Source of the DNA: a virus
Taxonomy: Duplodnaviria > Caudoviricetes
DNA: 34,265 bases
Strand: one strand, 5' to 3'
IMG/VR virus record: IMGVR_UViG_3300042997_001168
Span: 1-34,265 of that record
A model generated the notes under the pieces. That model had not been told where the DNA came from, did not search any database, and worked only from the letters and a program-made list of their open reading frames with translations. Each line of letters starts with the position of its first letter. Position 1 is the first letter of the stretch. Positions 8,806-16,982 of the stretch are shown here, piece by piece. Made by a program: the position numbers and the translations under genes.

Positions 8806-8859
8806 GTTATGTACCCTGATTAGGTACGTGTCAATATAATTGTACCCTATTTAGGGACA
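8806..8859 (-). promoter_or_regulatory. PL promoter with two 19-bp operators (TGTACC-N7-GGTACA type)
   Basis: Minus strand TTGACA(8834-8829)-17-CATAAC(8811-8806). Operators tgtaccctgattaggtacg (8810-8828) and tgtaccctatttagggaca (8841-8859). Confidence 0.8.
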
Positions 8860-8890
8860 TTTTTTTTCGTAGCCCGCGAATCACGCCCAC

Positions 8891-8925
8891 AAAAAAGCCC
8901 CGCCCCTCAGGCGAGAGGCGGGGGC
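8891..8925 (-). terminator. Intrinsic terminator insulating PL
   Basis: GC-rich stem followed by T6 on the minus strand. Confidence 0.8.
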
Positions 8926-9008
8926 AGTAGGGTCGCACACGGGCAAAGCCCGCAGCGCAGTAGATCACGAAGGTGGGTTGATTCACATACCGAGAATGGG
9001 GGATGGCG

Positions 9009-9037
9009 AAAGAAAACCCCGGCGGATTAGGCCGGGG
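9009..9037 (-). terminator. Intrinsic terminator closing the putative ncRNA
   Basis: CCCCGGC/GCCGGGG stem followed by TTTTCTTT on the minus strand. Confidence 0.75.
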
Positions 9038-9148
9038 GCTGCTGGCGGTATCTACATCGGACAAAGGCTTGTTATCACCCGGTTGTCCGATGGCCTTCCC
9101 CTAAAAGGGAGAGGTCTTAGACGCGGATCGCGATGGAGAGCCGCTAGC
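9009..9148 (-). ncRNA. Putative structured ~140-nt ncRNA downstream of the PemK-like remnant
   Basis: Own promoter TTGACG(9183-9178)-17-TATATG(9160-9155). Closing stem 9141-9148/9041-9048, perfect 10-bp stem 9055-9064/9083-9092, terminator. Confidence 0.55.
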
Positions 9149-9165
9149 CATCCTCATATAGGTTT

Positions 9166-9387
9166 TCAGAGGTGCTTCGTCAATGTCGATAGCCCCAGCG
9201 CCCGCAACACACATTGGCGGACGATCTTGAAGTTATCTGCATCCAGCGGATCGTAATGATAGCGCCTGGTGCCGTCCGGATTTTTGCCAGTTCGGATAAA
9301 ATCCAGCCTGTGAAAGCCAACAGCATTCACCATGTCACCCTTTACCCATACCCCCGTACTAGACCAGGGATGCGGAAGCGCCCAACG
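9166..9387 (-). pseudogene. C-terminal half of a PemK/MazF-superfamily toxin
   Basis: Hand translation: LPHPWSSTGVWVKGDMVNAVGFHRLDFIRTGKNPDGTRRYHYDPLDADNFKIVRQCVLRALGLSTLTKHL*. In-frame TGA at 9388-9390 and no N-terminal K.RPVVV..CTVV half. Confidence 0.65.
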
Positions 9388-9495
9388 TCAAGCCCAACAA
9401 AATACAACCTAAATACAGCAACTTACTCCCCCTATCGCAAGTTACTCACAGTTCATCGCGTTCCAGTCATTTCCTATTTACCTCGACTCGCGTAA

Positions 9496-9510
9496 GAACG
9501 AATCAGGAAC
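9496..9510. promoter_or_regulatory. Alphaproteobacterial LexA (SOS) box
   Basis: GAAC-gaatcag-GAAC equals GTTC-N7-GTTC on the other strand; intergenic, 16 bp before an ATG, with -35-like TCGACT at 9483-9488. Confidence 0.75.
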
Positions 9511-9526
9511 ATAGGTGAGGATGGCG

Positions 9527-9814
9527 ATGGCAGTCACACTACATGAGCCGGCCTGTGAAGTTGGGTGCAGGACATGCCTGCTATCCTGCGCCGTCATGCC
9601 TGAGCGCTTGGCTTGGTGGGATCGAGAGATTGAGCGGCTCTTGCGGGAGCGTTCAATGGCTCCTGTGCAGCACGAATTAGCCGATCAACTTGGTAGCGCG
9701 CTAACTGCCCGCGAAGACCTTCTGCGACGGTTCGAATCCACACCGAGGTCGAAGAACCTGGAGGAACTTCTTGGGCCAAGTCGGAAACGATATCGCGCAT
9801 CTCGTCTTCATTAG
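9527..9814 (+). CDS. Putative SOS-inducible Cys-motif protein (candidate antirepressor), antisense to the repressor 3' half
   Basis: GAGG RBS, LexA box upstream, C-x3-C-x2-C-x3-C followed by a helical region. Confidence 0.5.
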   Translation: MAVTLHEPACEVGCRTCLLSCAVMPERLAWWDREIERLLRERSMAPVQHELADQLGSALTAREDLLRRFESTPRSKNLEELLGPSRKRYRASRLH

Positions 9815-10010
9815 GGATTGGAGCTGCTTCGAAAATCTCGTGAGGCTGACATTTTAGATGCGGCGCTAACCTGCGCGCCCAATCGAGCGTCATGGGCAGA
9901 ATTCCCTGCTCCAGCTTCACGATCGTTGAGCGTCCCGACCCTGCCAGTTCCCCCAGCTTGGCTTGAGAAAGGTCCGCCTTTTCGCGTGCTTCTTTGATGC
10001 TCATGACCAT
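9594..10010 (-). CDS. cI: XRE-family phage repressor (CI-like) with no S24 peptidase domain
   Basis: IKEAREKADLSQAKLGELAGSGRSTIVKLEQG HTH; divergent from cro across the operators; 138 aa from ATG 10010. Confidence 0.85.
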   Translation of the reverse strand: MVMSIKEAREKADLSQAKLGELAGSGRSTIVKLEQGILPMTLDWARRLAPHLKCQPHEIFEAAPIPNEDEMRDIVSDLAQEVPPGSSTSVWIRTVAEGLRGQLARYQVDRLIRAAQEPLNAPARAAQSLDPTKPSAQA

Positions 10011-10099
10011 GCGCCGAGCATCGGTACATAGACCCATAAGCTCAAGAACCGGCGCAGGGTACATTTGCGCTTGAATGTCGTACCTAAGTTGGGTACAAC
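10010..10099. promoter_or_regulatory. OR region: three operators with PRM and PR
   Basis: Operators at 10010-10028, 10045-10063 and 10079-10097 (cgtacctaagttgggtaca). PR is TTGAAT(10071)-17-TACAAC(10094). PRM on the minus strand is TTGAGC(10045)-17-GATGCT(10022). Confidence 0.75.
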
Positions 10100-10107
10100 C
10101 GCTAAGC

Positions 10108-10341
10108 ATGAGCAAGACCCCACTTCGGCGCTTCCTTGAGGAAAGCGAACAGTCGGCAGAGGCCTTTGCGGCAAGCCATCATTTCAGCCCTTGGACCATC
10201 CGCCATTATGCGCGCGGCGACAAGATGCCATCGTTCCGTGCCCAGCGCGCGTTGAACGACGCGACGGGAGGGGCTGTTACCCCGAACGATTGGCTGGAGT
10301 GGTCAAGCCAGCAGGCCACCAAGCAGGCGGATGCAGCATGA
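10108..10341 (+). CDS. cro: Cro-like transcriptional regulator
   Basis: LRRFL..FA..TIRHYARG.KMPS....L...TGGAVTPNDW pattern; first gene after PR. Confidence 0.8.
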   Translation: MSKTPLRRFLEESEQSAEAFAASHHFSPWTIRHYARGDKMPSFRAQRALNDATGGAVTPNDWLEWSSQQATKQADAA

Positions 10342-10517
10342 ACGTCACCATAGATTGGTGGGCCATCCCCGCGCTCATAACCATAGGTTCGCTGATCTGG
10401 GCTTTCTGGCCGCAGCGAACCACCGGCTACGGCGCTGACATTGTAGGCGTGGTTCAATTTCTCGCCTCCATCATTGTCAGTCTGGCGGCGTGGCTGGTCT
10501 GGAGTTTGTTGGCATGA
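10338..10517 (+). CDS. 59-aa two-TM membrane protein
   Basis: ATGA overlap with cro; two hydrophobic segments. Confidence 0.7.
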   Translation: MNVTIDWWAIPALITIGSLIWAFWPQRTTGYGADIVGVVQFLASIIVSLAAWLVWSLLA

Positions 10518-10546
10518 CCCCCACACATCAGATTGGGAGGGGCGCC

Positions 10547-10792
10547 ATGCCTTTCGCTTGCAACTGCATCGGGCCGCAGAACGGTGATCCCGTCTGCCCT
10601 TGCCGGATGCCGGCTTATCGCGAGCGGGAAATGCACAAGCGGTCGCACCGGCTTCTCATGAAGTTGATGGCTGACCGCATGAACTCCGACATTCCCAGCG
10701 GCACGGCTCTCTGCTGCGTCTGCGGCAAGGTCATCTGCGATCATACCGACATGGAATTCGCTGGCCTCGCTCCTGATCCGGAGGCTCGCTAA
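10547..10792 (+). CDS. Cys-rich hypothetical protein (alternative start 10514)
   Basis: CNCIGPQNGDPVCPCRM and CCVCGK..CDH; GGAGG RBS. Confidence 0.6.
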   Translation: MPFACNCIGPQNGDPVCPCRMPAYREREMHKRSHRLLMKLMADRMNSDIPSGTALCCVCGKVICDHTDMEFAGLAPDPEAR

Positions 10793-10795
10793 CAG

Positions 10796-11011
10796 ATGCC
10801 CCACAACCTCCCCAATAGCAACGAGACCAGCACGGGCTTCCATGCCGTAGTCGAGACGCCCGAAGGCATCTCCTACGTCGCTGACCGCCCGGTTCTCATC
10901 ATCACGAATGCCTTGGGTCGCAAGGCAGGCGCGGACAGGGCTGATCCCCCTTGTCCTGTCCGCGCCAATGTTTCCACCTTTGATCATGGATGCCGCAATG
11001 CAGCAGAATGA
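10796..11011 (+). CDS. Hypothetical protein
   Basis: 71 aa, GGAGG upstream, fills the gap in the operon. Confidence 0.4.
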   Translation: MPHNLPNSNETSTGFHAVVETPEGISYVADRPVLIITNALGRKAGADRADPPCPVRANVSTFDHGCRNAAE

Positions 11012-11480
11012 CCCAAGCGTCGTTGCGAAAGCGCAGCGATTGAATAAACCGCAGGTTCATGCCCATCTCATGGAAGGATGGACCCGCGCGATCACGAAAC
11101 TCGGCAAGGGCAAGTTCGCGGACGCACTGGAAATCAGCACCGTCGCGCTCGACAAGCAGCTTACCGGATCGATGCCCGGCTTCGACATCATCGACAAGGC
11201 CATGGACGCCTGCCCTACCGTGCTGGACGAATATATCCGCGCCAAGGGTAAGCGCATCGTGGACGAGAACGCTGTCTGCGATACGGACGACGCCTCCCTG
11301 CTGATCGCCCGTCTGCTGGTGAAGCTGCAAGAGGCAGAGCATCCCGATAGCCCCGGTGGCCGCAATATCGTCCATTCCGAATTGCTCGGCATGGAAAGCC
11401 TGATCCGCCAGCTTAACGGCGCGACCTCCAACTGGCTGCATCAGATCGAACAGATTCGGCGGCCCAGGAGCGTGGCATGA
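10998..11480 (+). CDS. CII-like HTH regulator (by position)
   Basis: GKGKFADALEISTVALDKQL HTH-like segment, downstream of cro. Confidence 0.6.
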   Translation: MQQNDPSVVAKAQRLNKPQVHAHLMEGWTRAITKLGKGKFADALEISTVALDKQLTGSMPGFDIIDKAMDACPTVLDEYIRAKGKRIVDENAVCDTDDASLLIARLLVKLQEAEHPDSPGGRNIVHSELLGMESLIRQLNGATSNWLHQIEQIRRPRSVA

Positions 11481-12127
11481 CCTACCAGCGCAAGGAAGTC
11501 ATCGGCAAGGCCGAGCTTTATTTGGGCGATTGCCGCGATATTCTGCCGACGCTGCCCAAGGTGGACGCGGTGGTCACTGATCCGCCTTATGGGATTGGGG
11601 CCGCTAAAGGCAAAGCTCACAGTAGCATCCGCGACAACAGCGAATGGGAGCAACAAAACTGGGATGATGCGCGTCCGGATAATCGGACGTTTCACATGAT
11701 CCTCGCAAGGGCGGCCAAGGCCGCGATCTGGGGAGGTAACTACTTCGCGGATCTACTGCCGGCTTCCTCTGGGTGGCTGGTTTGGCGTAAGCCAGAAGCG
11801 GAAACTGGCTTTTCTCTTGCTGACGTTGAACTCTGCTGGACCACTGAGGATTTTGCCTCGCGTTGCCGCACTTATGCGAGGCGCGATGGCAACGACCATC
11901 CCACACAGAAGCCTGTCTCGATCATGCTGTGGACCCTCGGATTCATTGAGGGCCAAACCATCCTCGACCCGTTCATGGGCAGCGGCTCCACCGGCGTTGC
12001 AGCCGTCCAGATGGGCCGTCAGTTCATCGGCATCGAGCGCGAGCCGAAGTATTTCGACATCGCCTGTCGCCGCATCGAGGACGCTCAGCGCCAAGGGGAC
12101 ATGTTCCTCGGGGAGGCAGCGGCATGA
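11477..12127 (+). CDS. Orphan N6-A/N4-C DNA methyltransferase (beta class)
   Basis: TDPPY precedes HPTQKP and LDPFMGSGST. Confidence 0.9.
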   Translation: MTYQRKEVIGKAELYLGDCRDILPTLPKVDAVVTDPPYGIGAAKGKAHSSIRDNSEWEQQNWDDARPDNRTFHMILARAAKAAIWGGNYFADLLPASSGWLVWRKPEAETGFSLADVELCWTTEDFASRCRTYARRDGNDHPTQKPVSIMLWTLGFIEGQTILDPFMGSGSTGVAAVQMGRQFIGIEREPKYFDIACRRIEDAQRQGDMFLGEAAA

Positions 12128-12291
12128 ACTTCCAAGACGCCCAAACCCGTGCAGCGGCGACCTATTATCGCGCCAAAGCCGACTTCGAACGGCTGGACGC
12201 CCTGTCCCGCCAACGCGCCCTCACAGAGCAGGAAAGCCGGCTGCTGGAGAATGCCATCAATCGCATGGCTGTGTGGGGAGCGGCGGCATGA
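12124..12291 (+). CDS. 55-aa hypothetical protein (MNFQDAQTRAAATYY...), not in the ORF track
   Basis: ATGA overlaps at both ends. Confidence 0.65.
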   Translation: MNFQDAQTRAAATYYRAKADFERLDALSRQRALTEQESRLLENAINRMAVWGAAA

Positions 12292-12713
12292 TAACGGTCT
12301 CTCTCCCATGGCCGCCATCGGCCCTGCGTCCCAATGCATCGTCCCCAGGGGCATGGCGCGTCAAGCAGACGGCGGCCAAGCGCTACAAGGCCGACTGCCG
12401 CATTCTGTGCATCGCCAATGGCATAGAGCCTGTGTCGCTCGACGCTGCGCATCTGACAATCCGGTTCTGCCCGCCTGACGCCCGCCGCCGCGATCTCGAC
12501 AACATGCTGGCCAGCTTCAAGCAGGGCATCGACGCCATCAGCGAGAGCATCGGCATAGACGATTACCGCTTTGGCTTCACCATCGTTCGTGGCGCGCCTG
12601 TGAAGGGCGGCTGTGTCCATGTGACGATCAACGAAGAATACGACGCACGGCCGATTGGCGAAATCGTCAACGGCGTCCTCGCAAATATCGAGAGGAAGGC
12701 ATTGCAGCCGTGA
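12288..12713 (+). CDS. rusA: RusA-like Holliday junction resolvase
   Basis: LPWPPS.L.PN and F.PPD.RRRDLDN....K..ID.I....GIDD; start reassigned to 12288. Confidence 0.85.
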   Translation: MITVSLPWPPSALRPNASSPGAWRVKQTAAKRYKADCRILCIANGIEPVSLDAAHLTIRFCPPDARRRDLDNMLASFKQGIDAISESIGIDDYRFGFTIVRGAPVKGGCVHVTINEEYDARPIGEIVNGVLANIERKALQP

Positions 12714-12907
12714 GCAAGAAACCGGAAAAGCTATCTGTTTCCACCATGATGGTGGAGGCAAAGCGCCTCGCCATTCTAGGTAGCCTATTGGATACATACA
12801 GCGAAACCTCAGATCGAGAAGCGCTTGTCTCATCCCTTCGGAGGGCTGGCATGTTGGGCGATGATCACGCTCGCTTGCTCTTGGCCCAACCGGCAGCGGA
12901 GGCTTGA
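12710..12907 (+). CDS. Hypothetical protein
   Basis: 65 aa, GTGA overlap with rusA. Confidence 0.55.
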   Translation: MSKKPEKLSVSTMMVEAKRLAILGSLLDTYSETSDREALVSSLRRAGMLGDDHARLLLAQPAAEA

Positions 12908-12909
12908 TC

Positions 12910-13512
12910 ATGGGCAAATTCATGGACAGCGCTGCCTTCGCAGAACAGACCATTTATCGGCGCATAGCGAAGCATGGCTCCGCTATTAAGTTGACGGATT
13001 CTCAGCGGGCTGTCCTCATAAAGTTCGTTAATCTATGGTTCTATCATCGCGGCAAATCCGGCGCGATCGAATATAGCCAAGATGATTTTAACGCCTCGCT
13101 AGACCTGTCGGATCGCGCCATTCGAGGTGCGATTGGTCGCCTTATGGAATTGGGCATCGTCATTCGCATCGCGGGCGGGGTCGGTCGCGGCAACGTCTCT
13201 GTGTATGGCGTGGACTTGACCAAGTTGCAGGAGGTTCTCGCCCCGGAAGCGGCAATACAATGCGCCGGAGAAACTGTCTCCCTTCATGGAGAGATAAAAG
13301 TGGCACGCAGCCGCCCCTCCTATAGAGATAATAAATACCGCTCAGATTTTCCTAGCCGGGTTTGGTTCGTTGTGAGGCTTCGTAAAGCTATCGACTGGAC
13401 CGCTCTGGGCACTGTCCTGCGCCGGATAGCCGCAAACGCCAGAGCATGGTTCCGCCCTAGGCCGCAAACTCCATCTTCCGGCTGGAATAATTATGTTGGA
13501 GCGTTGTCATGA
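12910..13512 (+). CDS. Winged-helix DNA-binding protein (replication initiator-like)
   Basis: YSQDDF...LDLSDRAIRGAIGRLMELGIV.R..G..RG..SVY wHTH, immediately upstream of the helicase. Confidence 0.6.
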   Translation: MGKFMDSAAFAEQTIYRRIAKHGSAIKLTDSQRAVLIKFVNLWFYHRGKSGAIEYSQDDFNASLDLSDRAIRGAIGRLMELGIVIRIAGGVGRGNVSVYGVDLTKLQEVLAPEAAIQCAGETVSLHGEIKVARSRPSYRDNKYRSDFPSRVWFVVRLRKAIDWTALGTVLRRIAANARAWFRPRPQTPSSGWNNYVGALS

Positions 13513-14954
13513 TTCCGCTCTGGGAACATCAGGAGCAATCCGTCCAGCTTCTGCGCCGCTCAATCTCGGCTGGGAAAATCCGACCGATGTTGAAGCAGCC
13601 CACGGGAGCCGGAAAAACCCGCACCGCCGCCGCGATCATCGAGAGCGCCACGTCACGCGGCAACAGGGTTGTGTTCATCGTGGACGCAATCTCGCTGATC
13701 GATCAGACGGTTCAAAGTTTCTGGGAACTCGGCATTCGCGATGTCGGAGTGATCCAGGCCAGCCACACCATGACCGATTGGTCGAAGCCGGTTCAGGTAG
13801 CTTCGGTCCAGACGCTCCAGCGGCGCGGCATGCCCGATGTTGACATGGCGATCGTGGACGAGGCGCATGTTCGCAACCAGTGGTTGGAGGACCAGTTCTC
13901 CGGCGAAAAGTGGGCAAAGCGGCCTGTCATCGGGCTTTCGGCCACGCCATGGTCGAAGGGATTGGGGCTTGTCTATGACGATCTGATCGAGCCGATCACC
14001 ATGCGCCAACTCATCGACAAGGGCATGTTGCTCGACTTCCGCGTCTTCGCCCCATCCCACCCTGATCTGAACGGCGTTGCGGTCACCGGTGGCGATTACA
14101 ACGGGAAGCAATTGGGGGACCGCATGGCCAATTCGGGGCTGATCGCGGACATCGTGTCGACATGGTTGCGCCTTGGCGAAAACCGCCCGACACTGTGCTA
14201 TTGCGTGGACCGCGCCCATGCCAAGAAGGTTCAGCAGCGCTTCGTGGAAGCCGGGGTCGCCGCCGAATATATCGACATGAACACCGACACTGGCGAGCGG
14301 GCACGCATCCAGGGAAGGCTTGAGCGCGGCGAAACCAAGGTGGTTTGCAACATCGCCACGCTCACCAAGGGCGTTGACTGGAAAATCGGCTGCATCATCA
14401 TCGCCCGCCCGACCAAATCCAAGATGCTGCATGTCCAGATCGCCGGCCGCGTCATCCGCGCCAACAGCGGCTATCCCGATGGCCTGGTGCTGGATCACAG
14501 CGACAACATGCTTCGCCTTGGCCTTCCGACAGACATCGGCTCCATGCCGCTCTGCACTGCGAAAAAGGGCGAGCGCAAAACCGAGAGGCAGGACCCGTTG
14601 CCGAAGGAATGCCCGTCTTGCGGCTTCCTCAAGGCTCCCAAGGTGCGGGAATGCCCCATTTGCAAATTCACGCCTGAGACCCGCTCCGACCTTGAGGAAG
14701 AGGATGGTGAGCTGGTCCAGATCGGCGGCAAGAAACGTCAGTTCACGATGGCCGAAAAGCAGCTTTGGTATTCCGGCCTTCGGTTCATTCAGGTCCAGCG
14801 CGGCTACAAGGATGGCTGGACCTCCAACCAGTACAAAACCAAGTTCGGGGTATGGCCGCAGGGATTGAGCAAAATCCCTTCTGAACCGACCCCCGAAATC
14901 GAGAGCTGGGTTCGGTCCCAGCAAATCCGTTATGCGAAGAGGAAAGCCGCGTGA
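13509..14954 (+). CDS. SF2 DEAD/DEAH-box helicase with C-terminal Zn ribbon
   Basis: PTGAGKT, DEAH, SATP, Q..GRVIR, CPSC..CPIC. Confidence 0.92.
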   Translation: MIPLWEHQEQSVQLLRRSISAGKIRPMLKQPTGAGKTRTAAAIIESATSRGNRVVFIVDAISLIDQTVQSFWELGIRDVGVIQASHTMTDWSKPVQVASVQTLQRRGMPDVDMAIVDEAHVRNQWLEDQFSGEKWAKRPVIGLSATPWSKGLGLVYDDLIEPITMRQLIDKGMLLDFRVFAPSHPDLNGVAVTGGDYNGKQLGDRMANSGLIADIVSTWLRLGENRPTLCYCVDRAHAKKVQQRFVEAGVAAEYIDMNTDTGERARIQGRLERGETKVVCNIATLTKGVDWKIGCIIIARPTKSKMLHVQIAGRVIRANSGYPDGLVLDHSDNMLRLGLPTDIGSMPLCTAKKGERKTERQDPLPKECPSCGFLKAPKVRECPICKFTPETRSDLEEEDGELVQIGGKKRQFTMAEKQLWYSGLRFIQVQRGYKDGWTSNQYKTKFGVWPQGLSKIPSEPTPEIESWVRSQQIRYAKRKAA

Positions 14955-15859
14955 TGATCGGAATCTCCGAGCAATGCGTCAACCGCTGGCATTCGATCCT
15001 GCCACAGCTTGGCGTGTCTCCCAAGTACCTGACCGGGAAGCAGACCCCCTGCCCCATGTGCGGCGGCAAGGATCGCTTCCGCTTCGATGACAAGGATGGA
15101 CGGGGGACATTCTACTGCAACCAGTGCGGCGCCGGTGATGGCGTTCAACTGATCATGATGGCCTTTCGCAAGACATTCCGGGAGGCCGCCGACATGATCC
15201 GCGAGGTTGCCCCTGGCTGCGAGCCTGCAAAACCGAAGCGGACCATGACGGAAGAGCAGAGGGTCAATGCCCTGCGCGAGGCATGGAAGGCCAGTCGCCC
15301 GATTGATGTCGCGGACGACGCGGGGCGGTATCTGCTGTCACGAGGCATCGAGCCGCCGTTCAGTCCCGCCCTGAGGTTCATCCCCCGCCTCAAGGTCACA
15401 GGCGAGAAAGTGTCTCATCTCGCGGCGATGATTGCCCTTGTCCGGGCGCCCAACGGTGAACCGCTGACCTTGCACCGGACCTATTTGCAGAATGGTGCGA
15501 AGGCGGACATCTCCAGCCCCAAGCGGCTCATGCCCGGCGACACTCCCCACGGTTCCTACATTGATCTGTCGCCTGAGGCCGAAGAGATGGGCGTCGCGGA
15601 AGGCATAGAGACAGCGCTCAGGGTGCAGCAACGCTTTGGCATCCCATGTTGGTCACTGATCAGCGCCGATGGTCTCAAGGCCTTCACACCGCCGCCTGTC
15701 GTGAAGCGGCTTCGCATATTCGGGGACAATGATCCGAAATTCGGAGGGCAGGCCGCGTCCTTCGCGCTCGCCCATCGGCTGGCTGTTCGCAACGATCATA
15801 TCGCGGTGTCAGTCGAAATCCCGCCAGAGACCGGCACGGATTGGGCAGATGCAGCATGA
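14951..15859 (+). CDS. Primase (Zn ribbon plus Toprim)
   Basis: PCPMCGGKDRFRFDDKDGRGTFYCNQCGAGDG; AEGIETAL and GDND Toprim motifs. Confidence 0.9.
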   Translation: MMIGISEQCVNRWHSILPQLGVSPKYLTGKQTPCPMCGGKDRFRFDDKDGRGTFYCNQCGAGDGVQLIMMAFRKTFREAADMIREVAPGCEPAKPKRTMTEEQRVNALREAWKASRPIDVADDAGRYLLSRGIEPPFSPALRFIPRLKVTGEKVSHLAAMIALVRAPNGEPLTLHRTYLQNGAKADISSPKRLMPGDTPHGSYIDLSPEAEEMGVAEGIETALRVQQRFGIPCWSLISADGLKAFTPPPVVKRLRIFGDNDPKFGGQAASFALAHRLAVRNDHIAVSVEIPPETGTDWADAA

Positions 15860-15908
15860 CGCAGCCCAATACTGGCACCGCAATGTACGACGCCGCTGAA
15901 GGAGATGA

Positions 15909-16127
15909 TTGATGGATACGACGCACATGGATACCCGCTTCGCCAAGATCGTGACGGACCTGAACGGGCGCGATCACATGTTGATTGAGGGGCACGTCAT
16001 CAGCCTAGTCGGGCCTGACGACGAGAACAACGCGATGGTCGATCTGATCGTTCGGGCGCTGCGCCGGGCTGGCAGAGATGATGGTGAGGTTATCTACGGC
16101 AGCGTTGCAGCGTCGGGAGGGCAGTGA
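15909..16127 (+). CDS. Hypothetical protein
   Basis: 72 aa, AAGGAG RBS, overlaps the next gene. Confidence 0.55.
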   Translation: MMDTTHMDTRFAKIVTDLNGRDHMLIEGHVISLVGPDDENNAMVDLIVRALRRAGRDDGEVIYGSVAASGGQ

Positions 16128-16420
16128 TGGCAGGATGGGCAGGAAACGACCCGGCGCCGATACCGCAGTGGGCCACAAATCGGGCGCAGCAGGAGCTTGG
16201 CGGCGCGCTAACGCCCGATCAGTTTTTGCGCGCCTTCGCCCGCTACATCGCCCAGCACGAACAGCCCTCGGTCGATCCTGATGTGATCGCGGTGCGGGAG
16301 ATTGTCGGCGCTGCATGTCGCAACAACGGTCTTTCGATAGCCGGAGAACTGAAAGCCGATAGCCCAGCAGAAATTGCCGCTGTCATCGCCTACCGCAAGC
16401 ACAAGGAGGAGGGGGAGTGA
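16124..16420 (+). CDS. Hypothetical protein
   Basis: 98 aa, GTGA overlap, GGAGG RBS. Confidence 0.6.
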   Translation: MMAGWAGNDPAPIPQWATNRAQQELGGALTPDQFLRAFARYIAQHEQPSVDPDVIAVREIVGAACRNNGLSIAGELKADSPAEIAAVIAYRKHKEEGE

Positions 16421-16575
16421 TGGGCTGGCACTGGCTGCGACACGAATGGACCCCATGGCGGCTGGAGGGGTCATTGTTCGACACAAGCAACAACCACAAG
16501 GTCGGCTTCATCCAAGTCCGCCACTGCAAGGTCTGCAATCTCCACAAGCGCAAGAGGTGGACGATATGGAGTTGA
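16420..16575 (+). CDS. 51-aa protein with H-x-W...R-x-C-xx-C motif, not in the ORF track
   Basis: MGWHWLRHEWTPWRLEG...QVRHCKVCNLHKRKRWTIWS; TGATG overlap and strong RBS. Confidence 0.55.
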   Translation: MGWHWLRHEWTPWRLEGSLFDTSNNHKVGFIQVRHCKVCNLHKRKRWTIWS

Positions 16576-16710
16576 GCATACCCAAATTCCCCGCCACAGC
16601 CTCACCAGACGCTAAAACGGCGCTTGGAGGTATCGAGGTAGCCAAGAGCATCAAATCGCGCTCTACGGGGCTGAAAACCGCCCGCCCATCCACAGAGGGG
16701 AGGTAGGGGG

Positions 16711-16980
16711 ATGGACGACTACAGCAACCACCCTGTCAGCCTGACGGAAGCCAAGGCCAACCGGGAATGCAACAGCGCCCTCTGGACGCCCCGTGATGCG
16801 CTGATCAGCATGCTTCGGGACATCGATAGCGGAGAGATCAATCCTGACGCTCTGGTGGCCGTCTGTCGCACCAAGGATGAGGACGGCGTGTACCGGACCA
16901 CATTCGTCAACGCCACGCCTGATGTCCATGTCGCCATGGGGCTGCTGACTCGCGGGCATTTCAGGTTGATGGAGGCTTGA
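16711..16980 (+). CDS. Hypothetical protein
   Basis: 89 aa, GGAGG RBS. Confidence 0.7.
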   Translation: MDDYSNHPVSLTEAKANRECNSALWTPRDALISMLRDIDSGEINPDALVAVCRTKDEDGVYRTTFVNATPDVHVAMGLLTRGHFRLMEA

Positions 16981-16982
16981 GG

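Noticed and set aside
9451-9463. Second LexA box (gttc-atcgc-gttc)
   Set aside because: Spacer is 5 nt, not 7.
8831-9495. Track ORFs 8831-9064, 8978-9256 and 9214-9495
   Set aside because: They cross terminators, operators or the toxin remnant, lack RBSs, and are better explained by the non-coding features.
10338-10517. Holin
   Set aside because: Two TM segments, but it sits directly after cro with no endolysin adjacent.
11477-12127. Restriction-modification system
   Set aside because: No cognate restriction endonuclease nearby; orphan methylases are routine in phage early operons.
13653-14924. 423-aa minus-strand ORF
   Set aside because: Antisense shadow of the helicase in high-GC DNA; no motifs.
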